DNA of 64,000 nucleotides from Betaproteobacteria bacterium (GTDB lineage Bacteria > Pseudomonadota > Gammaproteobacteria > Burkholderiales > SG8-39), in NCBI GenBank assembly GCA_005881595.1, contig VBBY01000021.1:39977-103976 (forward strand). Reading direction: 5' to 3'. Each line of letters opens with the position of its first letter. The stretch's first letter is position 1. Positions 55,121 through 63,076 of this stretch are shown in pieces. The notes beneath the pieces were generated by a model. The model had not been told where the DNA came from. It searched no databases and saw only the letters and a list, made by a program, of their open reading frames with translations. The translations under genes were made by a program, and so were the position numbers.

Positions 55121-56077
55121 ATGCGCGTCCGCTTCTGGGGCACGCGCGGTTCGATGCCTGTGGCGCTCACCGCCGCCGACGTCCGGGACAAGCTCGCCCA
55201 GGCCCTGGTCGCGGCCGACGGCCGGCGTTTCGAGTCGTTCGGCGCTGCCTACGACTTTGCGCAGCAGGAGCTGCCGTTCACGCTCACACATACCTTCGGC
55301 GGCCACTCGTCCTGTGTCGAGCTGGAAACCGGCAGCAACGAATATTTCGTGTGCGACATGGGCAGCGGGGCACGGCCCTTCGGCGCTCACGTGCTGGCGC
55401 GACAGGGCGGCCGGCCGGCGACGGTGAACGTGTTCATGTCGCACGTCCACTGGGACCACATCATGGGCTTTCCCTTCTTCGGGCCGGCCTACGTGCCGGG
55501 AACGACAATCCGCATCCACGGCTGCCACGATATCCTGGAGCAGGCGCTGCGGCTGCAGCAGGCGCCGCCTTGTTTCCCGGTACCGTTCGACCAGCTGGCC
55601 GCGAAGATCGAGTTCGTGAAGCTCGTGCCCGGCGAGACCTATGCGGGCGGCAGCGTAAGCGTGACGCCCAAGATCCAGCGCCATTCGGGAGACTCCTACG
55701 GCTATCGGTTTGAGGCGGGCGGCAAAGTACTGATCTACTCCACCGACTCCGAGCACAAGCTCGAAAACCGCGGCGAGGCCGAGGCCTTCGTCGCCTTCTT
55801 CCGGGACGCCGACCTCGTCGTATTCGACGCCATGTACTCGCTCGCCGAGGTGGCCTCGGTGAAGGCTGACTGGGGCCATTCCAGCAACATCGTCGGGGTC
55901 GAGCTCTGCCAGATGGCGGGCGTCAAGCACCTGGTGCTGTTCCACCACGAGCCCAGCTCCGACGATGCGGCGATCGAAGCCGTGTTGAGGGACACGCGCC
56001 GCCTCGAGGAGCTGACCCGCGGCGCGCGGTCGCTGCGCGTCTCGGCGGCTTACGACGGGCTGGAGATCGATCTCTGA
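55121..56077 (+). CDS. MBL-fold metallo-hydrolase
   Basis: 318 aa. MRVRFWGTRGS..., metal motif SHVHWDHIMGFP, ...LVLFHHEP. Confidence 0.85.
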   Translation: MRVRFWGTRGSMPVALTAADVRDKLAQALVAADGRRFESFGAAYDFAQQELPFTLTHTFGGHSSCVELETGSNEYFVCDMGSGARPFGAHVLARQGGRPATVNVFMSHVHWDHIMGFPFFGPAYVPGTTIRIHGCHDILEQALRLQQAPPCFPVPFDQLAAKIEFVKLVPGETYAGGSVSVTPKIQRHSGDSYGYRFEAGGKVLIYSTDSEHKLENRGEAEAFVAFFRDADLVVFDAMYSLAEVASVKADWGHSSNIVGVELCQMAGVKHLVLFHHEPSSDDAAIEAVLRDTRRLEELTRGARSLRVSAAYDGLEIDL

Positions 56078-58065
56078 CACTGCGTTCAGGGCCGCGGCTG
56101 ATAGGCGCAGCGCTGCTCGCCGTCTGCGTCCTGCTCATCGGCCTCCAGTCGCCGCCGGTCGCAGCGTTGCGCGAAACCCTGTTCGACGGCTATCAAAGGC
56201 TGATGCCGCGCGTGCGCAGCTCCGCGCCGGCGGTCATCGTGGACATCGACGAGCGCTCGCTCGACACGCTGGGGCAGTGGCCGTGGCCACGCAGCGTCAC
56301 GGCAGACCTCGTGCGCGCCATTGCGCGCGCCGGGCCGGCGGCGATCGGCGTCGACGTGCTGTTCGTCGAGCCGGACCGCTCGGTGGCGGGAGCCGACGCG
56401 GCGCTCGCGCAAGCGGTCCAGGGCGCAAAAGTGGTGCTGGGCATCGCCGGAATCGACTATCGCGACCGCCGTTTCCCGCATCCGCCGCACGCCGCGCCGG
56501 TACTATCGTCCGGCCGGCGCGAGCTGCCGTTACAGCAGTTCGATGGCCAGCTGCAAAGCCGGCCGGAGATCGATCGGGCAGCCGCCGGCCGCGGGCTGAT
56601 CAGCGCCGACTCACCGGATCGCATCCTGCGGCGAATCCCCCTGGTTGCGCGGATCGGAAAAGTCATCGTGCCGGCGCTTGCGGTGGAGATGATTCGCATC
56701 GCCACCGGCGCGCAGGAGTTGCGCATCGACGACCAAGGCGGCGAGCACGTGGACCTCAACGTCGGTCCTGCGTCGATTCCGATCCAGTCCGACGGCACGC
56801 TGAACGTGTATTTCGGGCGTCACGATGCGCAGCGCTTCGTCTCGGCCGAGGATGTGCTTTCCGGAAAGGCCGCGGCTGAGTTTTTTCGCGACAAATTCGT
56901 CCTCGTCGGCGTATCGGGATTGGGGTTGCTCGATTTCCAGGCGACCCCGCTTGGCGAGCGCATTCCGGGCGTCGAAGTGCACGCGCAAATCCTCGAGCAG
57001 ATTTTCGATGGCACCTATCTGCGCCGGCCCACGGGCGCGGCGTGGACCGAAGCCGCGCTGCTGGCCGGCGTGGGGGTTCTGCTCGTCTTGTTCGTTCCGA
57101 CAGTGCGCCCGTGGATATCCTTCGCGCTTCTGGCGGCGGCCCTGCTCGCGCTTGCGGCAGCAGGGATCCTCGCCTTCATGACCGGACTGCTCCTGAACGT
57201 CACGGCGCCCGCGCTGGCGGCGCTCGCCGTCTTCGCCGCCCTGCTCGGGGCGACGTTTGCCGAAGCCGACCGCCAGCGGCGGCTGCTGCGCGAAGCGCAG
57301 GCGCGCGTCGCCGGCGAACTGGAAGCCGCGCGGCGCATCCAGATGGGCCTGCTGCCGGCGCCGCGCACGATTTTCGCCGGTCAGACCGGTTTCGCCCTCG
57401 ACGCGCTGCTCGAGCCGGCGCGAATGGTCGGCGGCGATTTTTACGACTGCTTCATGGTGGACGAGAACCGGCTTTTCCTGGTGGTCGGCGACGTTTCCGG
57501 AAAGGGGCTTCCGGCGAGCCTTTTCATGGCGCTCTCCAAGTCGCTATTGAAGAGCATCGCCCTGCGGGGTCCTGGTGACCCCGGCTCGCTCCTCATGCGC
57601 GCAAACGCGGAAATCTGCCGCGACAACGCTGAATCGTTCTTCGTCACTGCGTTCGCAGGGCTGCTCGACGTGCGCAGCGGCGCGCTGGCTTTCTGCAATG
57701 CGGGCCACGAGCCGGCGATTGCCTGCCGGCCGGGCGGCGTCCCCGAACGCGTCGAGCATTCCGGCGGGCCGCCGCTATGCGTGCTGGAGGGCTTCGAGTA
57801 TCCAAGCGGACACCGCGTCCTGGAAGCGGGCGAGTGGCTGTGCGTGCTCTCCGATGGCGTGACCGAGGCGATGAACGCGGCGGGCGAGTTCTACGGCGCC
57901 GCGCGCCTGCGCGAGGTATTGAAACCCCTTTCGTCGGCCGCGCCGGATGCGGTCGTCGCGGCGGTACGAGCGGACGTGCGGGAATTCACCGGCACCACGG
58001 AGCAATCAGACGACCTTACCCTGCTTTGCGTGCGCTGGAACGGCGCAGCTGCTAGCGGACGCTGA
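56074..58065 (+). CDS. CHASE2 sensor / PP2C (SpoIIE, RsbU-like) serine phosphatase; probable CTG start
   Basis: CHASE2 (VIVDIDERSLDTLGQWPWPRS...GVDVLFVEPD...), 3 TM. PP2C motifs GGDFYD, VVGDVSGKG, SDGVTEA, DDLTLL. The first canonical start (TTG at 56167) would remove the N-terminal TM RLIGAALLAVCVLLIGL. The CTG at 56074 overlaps the MBL stop (CTGA). Confidence 0.85.
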   Translation: MTLRSGPRLIGAALLAVCVLLIGLQSPPVAALRETLFDGYQRLMPRVRSSAPAVIVDIDERSLDTLGQWPWPRSVTADLVRAIARAGPAAIGVDVLFVEPDRSVAGADAALAQAVQGAKVVLGIAGIDYRDRRFPHPPHAAPVLSSGRRELPLQQFDGQLQSRPEIDRAAAGRGLISADSPDRILRRIPLVARIGKVIVPALAVEMIRIATGAQELRIDDQGGEHVDLNVGPASIPIQSDGTLNVYFGRHDAQRFVSAEDVLSGKAAAEFFRDKFVLVGVSGLGLLDFQATPLGERIPGVEVHAQILEQIFDGTYLRRPTGAAWTEAALLAGVGVLLVLFVPTVRPWISFALLAAALLALAAAGILAFMTGLLLNVTAPALAALAVFAALLGATFAEADRQRRLLREAQARVAGELEAARRIQMGLLPAPRTIFAGQTGFALDALLEPARMVGGDFYDCFMVDENRLFLVVGDVSGKGLPASLFMALSKSLLKSIALRGPGDPGSLLMRANAEICRDNAESFFVTAFAGLLDVRSGALAFCNAGHEPAIACRPGGVPERVEHSGGPPLCVLEGFEYPSGHRVLEAGEWLCVLSDGVTEAMNAAGEFYGAARLREVLKPLSSAAPDAVVAAVRADVREFTGTTEQSDDLTLLCVRWNGAAASGR

Positions 58066-58705
58066 TCTCGACGCGCCGGTTGCGCGGCTCGTCGACGTTG
58101 TCGGCGGTCGGCACAAGAAGCTCGCGCTCGCCGCGGCCGGCGGTCTGGATCTGCCCGGCGGGAATGCCGATCTCGATAAGGAAGCCCTTTACCCGCTCGG
58201 CACGCCGTGCCGACAGCAGATCGTTCCTCTCAGGCTCGCCAACGGTATCGGTATGCCCGACGACCATGATGTCCGGGACGGCTCGCTGCTTCAGCGCCGC
58301 CAGGATCTTTTTCAGCTCCCCTTTCGATTCGTCGGTCAGCTCGTCAGTGGCGGTAATGAAGTAAAGCAGGAACGTGGTCGGCATGGCGGGCAAGGCCTGG
58401 AGCGTGACACCGAAGGACTGGCGCACTTCGGCGTCCGAAAGCTGCGTAATCTCGGCTTTCCCGCCCGTCAGCCGGCTCGCCGCGAACGGCTTGTTGAGCA
58501 CATGGCGCTCGCCGCCGCGCTGCACGATGACGGTGCCGGTATGCCCGTCCGCGCTGGGCAGAACCACCACGGTCTCGTCGGGCGGTCGCTGTACGACGAT
58601 ATGCCTGTCCGGGCTGGGCAGAACCACGACCGGCTCTTCGAGGGGTGCCGGCTGCGCATAGATCGCGCCGAGGATAACCAGCGCGCCAAGCACCAGCACC
58701 AGCAT
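58052..58705 (-). CDS. OmpA-family (peptidoglycan-binding) protein
   Basis: 217 aa. N-terminal hydrophobic anchor. C-terminal OmpA_C (VVGHTDTVGEPERNDLLSARRAERVKGFL...NRRVEISV). Confidence 0.88.
   Translation of the reverse strand: MLVLVLGALVILGAIYAQPAPLEEPVVVLPSPDRHIVVQRPPDETVVVLPSADGHTGTVIVQRGGERHVLNKPFAASRLTGGKAEITQLSDAEVRQSFGVTLQALPAMPTTFLLYFITATDELTDESKGELKKILAALKQRAVPDIMVVGHTDTVGEPERNDLLSARRAERVKGFLIEIGIPAGQIQTAGRGERELLVPTADNVDEPRNRRVEISVR
58541..58660 (-). repeat. Two tandem copies of a 60-bp (20-aa) repeat inside the OmpA-family gene
   Basis: 58541-58585 vs 58601-58645: atgcc(c/t)gtcc(gc/gg)gctgggcagaaccac... Encodes ..VVVLPSPDRHIVVQRPP / ..VVVLPSADGHTGTVIVQR. Confidence 0.6.
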
Positions 58706-58709
58706 TCGC

Positions 58710-59174
58710 TCAGCTTCCCGGCTCGGTGACCTTCACCACGAACTCGGTACCGCGGACACCCATGATCGAGGACGGCGTGCGCACCCTCATAGCGTCGGGC
58801 GACTGCTTGACCATCTTGCCGGAGACGACGGCGAGCGTTCCCTTCTTCAGCGAGGCATCGAAATGCCCGTTGTGCGTGGTCGAATCGAACGCATAGCGCT
58901 CGATCGCCAATACGCTGCCTGGGCCCACCGAAAGCACGCTGTTGTCGGAGAACGTCACCCCGGCGGAGCCGTCGGCGCCGGTGACCAGCGTGTCGGACTC
59001 CTGCACCGGCATGCCCACCGTGGCCGGCAGCCGCTCACCCTGCCGCTCGAGGAACACCGCTCCCGCGGCGGCCTTGATCTGCCCCACATCGCCCGCCCAA
59101 ACGCCGGCCGCGAAGCAGAACAGGCATGCCAAAAGTGTCCAACGCATGATGGCCCTCCCTTGGGTCACGTTCAA
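58710..59174 (-). CDS. FecR-domain periplasmic protein
   Basis: 154 aa. The probable true start is MRWTLLACLFCFAAGVWA at 59147. ...GDVGQIKAAAGAVFLERQGERLPATVGMPVQESDTLVTGADGSAGVTFSDNSVLSVGPGSVL... Confidence 0.8.
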   Translation of the reverse strand: MNVTQGRAIMRWTLLACLFCFAAGVWAGDVGQIKAAAGAVFLERQGERLPATVGMPVQESDTLVTGADGSAGVTFSDNSVLSVGPGSVLAIERYAFDSTTHNGHFDASLKKGTLAVVSGKMVKQSPDAMRVRTPSSIMGVRGTEFVVKVTEPGS

Positions 59175-59199
59175 CGGGCTCTATAATGCGCCCGATCCC

Positions 59200-59634
59200 A
59201 TGTCCCATAGCGTTAAAAACTCCCGCCTGGCGATGTTTCCGTCGCGGCTTGCCGAGCTGCGTCCTTTGTCCGCGTTCCTGACAGATTTTTGCGACCGGGC
59301 GGGCATCGAGCGGGAGCGCTGCCTGCGGCTCCACCTGGTGGTGGAGGAGCTGTTCATCAACACCATCCGGCACGGCCATCGAAACGACTGCGATGCGCCC
59401 GTATGGGTGAGCCTCGAGGCGGGCGCCGGGGCGGTACAGGTGACCTACGAGGACACCGCGCCGCCATTCAATCCCTACGCCAGGCTGCCTGACAAGTCTA
59501 TCGACATGACGACGACGCTCGAAAGGCGCGCGATCGGCGGCCTCGGAGTCCTTCTCACCAAGGAGCTGGCAGCGACACGCGATTACGCCTATGTGTTCGG
59601 CCGTAACCGCATCCGCCTCACCATGACGCGTTAG
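59200..59634 (+). CDS. Anti-sigma regulatory factor, Ser/Thr protein kinase (RsbW/SpoIIAB-like HATPase)
   Basis: 144 aa. N-box LVVEELFINTIRHG, G-box GGLGVLLTKELA. ATG at 59200; the track ORF's upstream part lies antisense in the FecR gene. Confidence 0.85.
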   Translation: MSHSVKNSRLAMFPSRLAELRPLSAFLTDFCDRAGIERERCLRLHLVVEELFINTIRHGHRNDCDAPVWVSLEAGAGAVQVTYEDTAPPFNPYARLPDKSIDMTTTLERRAIGGLGVLLTKELAATRDYAYVFGRNRIRLTMTR

Positions 59635-60661
59635 AAGCGCCAAGCCGCGCGATGAGCTTTTTCACCGGGGCCGGCGCGGCGGCCTGCGCGGCATCCTCGA
59701 GATCGATCCAGAGCCGTCCCGGCGCCGCGACGCCCGGCAGCGTTCTTGCGACCCCGCACAGCACGGGGCGGATGCGCAGGCGAAAGTGCGTGAAGCCGTG
59801 CTCGAGCGGCTCCAGCTCGCGCGTCGATGAGATCTCGCAACCCAGCTCGCGAGCCTGCGCGGCATATCCTGCGTTGCTCGCCGCCGGGAAAGTCCAAAGA
59901 CCGCCCCAAAGCCCCGCGCCGGGCCTGCGCTCGAGCAGCACCTGCTGGTTGTGCAACAGCAGCAGCCAGGTGGCGTCTCTCAGCGGAACGGTCCTCCTTG
60001 GTCGCGGTGCAGGCAGCTCGTGCACGCGGCTCTCGCGCCGCGCCACGCAGCGCCGCCTCACCGGGCACAGATCGCAACGCGGCTGCCTTGTGCAGACGGT
60101 CGCGCCGAGATCCATCAGCGCCTGCGTGTAGACGCCGACGTCGTCCTTGGGAAGCAGGCGCTCTGCGAGCCGCCACAGCTTCGCTTCGACTTCACGCTCC
60201 CCGGGCCAGCCTTCGACGCCGTAGCAGCGCGCGAGCACGCGCTTGACGTTGCCGTCGAGAATCGCGGCGCGGCGGCCGAAGGCGAACGCGGCGATCGCCG
60301 CGGCGCTCGAGCGCCCGATGCCGGGAACCTGCTCGATCTCGTCTACCGAATCCGGGAATCTGCCGCCGTGCTCCGAGACGAGCTTTCGAGCGGCCCGATG
60401 CAGGTTGCGCGCGCGGGCGTAGTAGCCGAGGCCGCTCCAGAGCCGCAGCACCTCGTCCTCGTCCGCCGCGGCGAGCGCCTGCACGTCGGGAAAGCGGGAC
60501 ACGAAGCGCCGATAGTAGGGAATGGCCGCCGCTACCTGCGTCTGCTGCAGCATCACTTCCGAGAGCCAGATGCGGTATGGGTCGCGCGTGTCCTGCCAGG
60601 GAAGCCCTTTGCGCCCGTGACGGCGCTGCCAGGCAACGAGAAGGCTTGCGAAAGCGGGCAC
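59618..60661 (-). CDS. mutY: A/G-specific adenine DNA glycosylase
   Basis: 347 aa. LPWQDTRDPYRIWLSEVMLQQTQV, PGIGRSSAAAI, 4Fe-4S cluster CTRQPRCDLCPVRRRC, C-terminal NUDIX-like domain. Confidence 0.94.
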   Translation of the reverse strand: MPAFASLLVAWQRRHGRKGLPWQDTRDPYRIWLSEVMLQQTQVAAAIPYYRRFVSRFPDVQALAAADEDEVLRLWSGLGYYARARNLHRAARKLVSEHGGRFPDSVDEIEQVPGIGRSSAAAIAAFAFGRRAAILDGNVKRVLARCYGVEGWPGEREVEAKLWRLAERLLPKDDVGVYTQALMDLGATVCTRQPRCDLCPVRRRCVARRESRVHELPAPRPRRTVPLRDATWLLLLHNQQVLLERRPGAGLWGGLWTFPAASNAGYAAQARELGCEISSTRELEPLEHGFTHFRLRIRPVLCGVARTLPGVAAPGRLWIDLEDAAQAAAPAPVKKLIARLGASNASW

Positions 60662-60681
60662 GCCCGGATTCTAATGGGGGC

Positions 60682-61866
60682 ATGGGCAGCCCCGTCGAGC
60701 GCATCCGCGAATACCACCGCGAGCTGAAGGAACTCCGGCACGACCTGCACGCGCACCCCGAGCTGGGGTTCGAGGAGACCCGTACTTCCGCGCTGGTGGC
60801 AGACAAGCTGGCAAGCTGGGGCATCGAAGTGCATCGCGGCCTCGCGAAGACCGGGGTGGTGGGCGTGGTGAAAGGCCGCGGCACCTCAGGCGGCCGCGCC
60901 ATCGGCCTGCGCGCCGACATGGACTGCCTGCCGGTGCACGAGACCGGGAGCGTGTCCTACCGCTCGCGCCACGATGGCCGCATGCACGCATGCGGGCACG
61001 ACGGGCACACCACCATGCTGCTGGGTGCCGCACGCTACCTGGCGCAGACCCGCAACTTCGGCGGCACCGCCTACCTCATCTTCCAGCCCGCCGAGGAAAG
61101 CGGCGGCGGCGGGCAGGTGATGGTGAAAGAGGGCCTGTTCGAGCGCTTCCCGGCGAACGAGATCTACGCGCTGCACAACTGGCCGGGGCTGCCGCCCGGA
61201 AAGCTGGCGGTGCGCGCCGGACCGGTCATGGCCGCGACCGACGAGATCCAGATCACGGTGCGCGGACGCGGCGGACACGCGGCGATGCCGCACCTCGTCG
61301 TCGATCCGGTCGTCGCCGCGTCGCACATCATCGCCGCGCTGCAGACGATCGCGAGCCGCAACGTCAGCCCCGTGGACGCGGTGGTGGTGAGCATAGCCTC
61401 GATGCAGACCAGCCAGCTCGGCGCGTTCAACGTGATCCCCGATAGCGTGCGCCTGATCGGCACGCTGCGCAGCTTCCGGCGCGAGACGCGCGAGCTCGCC
61501 GAGAAGCGCGTGAAGGAAATCGCGACGCACGTCGCGCAGGCGTTCGGCGCGAGCGCCGAGATCGACTTGCGGCGAGGCTATCCGCCCACCATCAACAGCG
61601 AGCGCGAAGCGCGGCTCGCCGCGCGCGTCGGCGAGCGCATCTTCGGCAAGGCAAACGTGGTCACCGACGCCGACCCCACCATGGGAGGCGAAGACTTCGC
61701 CTACATGCTGCTCGAGCGCCCAGGCGCCTACGCGTGGCTCGGCCAGGGCGGCGGTCCCGGCGGCTGCTTCCTCCACAATCCGAACTACGACTTCAACGAT
61801 GAGGTGATTCCGCTCGGCGCGGGCTATCTCGCCGCGCTCGTCGAGGAGTCCTTGCCGCTAGAATAA
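60682..61866 (+). CDS. M20-family amidohydrolase (hippurate hydrolase / N-acyl-L-amino-acid amidohydrolase-like)
   Basis: 394 aa. LRHDLHAHPELGFEE, GLRADMDCLP, MHACGHDGHT, FQPAEE, GGEDFAYM. Confidence 0.9.
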   Translation: MGSPVERIREYHRELKELRHDLHAHPELGFEETRTSALVADKLASWGIEVHRGLAKTGVVGVVKGRGTSGGRAIGLRADMDCLPVHETGSVSYRSRHDGRMHACGHDGHTTMLLGAARYLAQTRNFGGTAYLIFQPAEESGGGGQVMVKEGLFERFPANEIYALHNWPGLPPGKLAVRAGPVMAATDEIQITVRGRGGHAAMPHLVVDPVVAASHIIAALQTIASRNVSPVDAVVVSIASMQTSQLGAFNVIPDSVRLIGTLRSFRRETRELAEKRVKEIATHVAQAFGASAEIDLRRGYPPTINSEREARLAARVGERIFGKANVVTDADPTMGGEDFAYMLLERPGAYAWLGQGGGPGGCFLHNPNYDFNDEVIPLGAGYLAALVEESLPLE

Positions 61867-61870
61867 GGCG

Positions 61871-63076
61871 GTGCAGAGGAAACAGGTGCCGGTGGGACAG
61901 CTGCAGTTCGGCATGTACGTCGCCGAGCTCGATCGCCCGTGGACCGATACGCCCTTCATGTTCCAGGGCTTTCACCTGCGCACCGACCAGCAGCTGGAGG
62001 CCCTGAAGAAATTCTGCAAGCACGTCTTCGTCGACATGGAGAAGACCGAGCTCGAGGATCGCTCGCGCCCGCGCACCAAGCTGCCCAGCTTCAAGATCCG
62101 CGGCAACACCGCCTATCCCGACGCGGTCAGTGTCGAAACCGAGGTGCAGCGCGCGGCCCCGGTCTACACGCAAACCGTCGCCGCCGTGAACGAGCTCCTG
62201 CGGCCGCTCACCCAGGGCAGTACCGTCCTGGAGGGCAGGGAAGTCAGGGAATCGGTGACGCGCCTTACCGACAGCGTGGTGCGCAATCCCGACGCGCTGC
62301 TTCTGGTCTCCAAGCTGCGCGAAAAGAGCGCGGCGGCGCATGCCCGCGCGCTGCAGGTCTCCATCTACATGATCGTGTTCGCGCGCTTCCTGGAGCTGGC
62401 GCGCGAGGAGCTCGAGCTGCTCGGATTGCTCGGCCTGCTGCAGGACGTCGGCAAGACCCAGCTGCCGGCCTCGATCATGGAAAAGCAGGGACCCCTGACG
62501 CCGGAGCAGGCCGAGTTCGCGAAAAAGCACGTCGCCCTGTCGGCGGAGATCCTGAAGGCGACTCCCGGCCTGCCGTCGCGGCTGCCTGAGCTTGCCTTGC
62601 TGCACCACGAACGGCAGGACGGCAGCGGTTACCCGCGCGGGCTCAAAGGCGAGCAGATCGGGCTCTACGGCTCGATCGCGGCGATCGCCGATACCTTCGA
62701 CGCGCTGACCGCGGTGCGGCCTTACGCCGAGACGCTGTCGCCATCGAGCGCGCTCAGCTTCCTGTACAAGGAGCGCGGCACCGGCTATCACTCCGAGCTC
62801 GTCGAGCAATTCATCCAGTGCGTCGGCGCGTTCCCGGTAGGCAGCGTGGTCGAGCTCAATTCCGCCGAAGTCGGCATCGTCATCGCGCAGAACCTGGTGC
62901 GCCGCCTCAAGCCGCGCGTGATGGTGGTGCTCGACGGCCAGGGCAACCCGATGCGGCCGCACAAGATCCTCGACCTCGACAAGGATCCCAAGGTTCGCCC
63001 GGACGAGCCCTACAGGATCCGGCGCACCATGGAGCAGAGCAAGCTCGAGGTCGACCCGCGAGAGCTGTTCCTCTAG
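61871..63076 (+). CDS. HD-GYP domain protein with DUF3391-like N-terminus; HD motif degenerate (QD)
   Basis: 401 aa. N-terminus VGQLQFGMYVAELDRPW. HD-GYP core with HHERQDGSGYPRGL and DTFDALTAVRPY, but LLQDVGK where LHDIGK is expected (CAG at 62441-62443). Confidence 0.88.
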   Translation: MQRKQVPVGQLQFGMYVAELDRPWTDTPFMFQGFHLRTDQQLEALKKFCKHVFVDMEKTELEDRSRPRTKLPSFKIRGNTAYPDAVSVETEVQRAAPVYTQTVAAVNELLRPLTQGSTVLEGREVRESVTRLTDSVVRNPDALLLVSKLREKSAAAHARALQVSIYMIVFARFLELAREELELLGLLGLLQDVGKTQLPASIMEKQGPLTPEQAEFAKKHVALSAEILKATPGLPSRLPELALLHHERQDGSGYPRGLKGEQIGLYGSIAAIADTFDALTAVRPYAETLSPSSALSFLYKERGTGYHSELVEQFIQCVGAFPVGSVVELNSAEVGIVIAQNLVRRLKPRVMVVLDGQGNPMRPHKILDLDKDPKVRPDEPYRIRRTMEQSKLEVDPRELFL

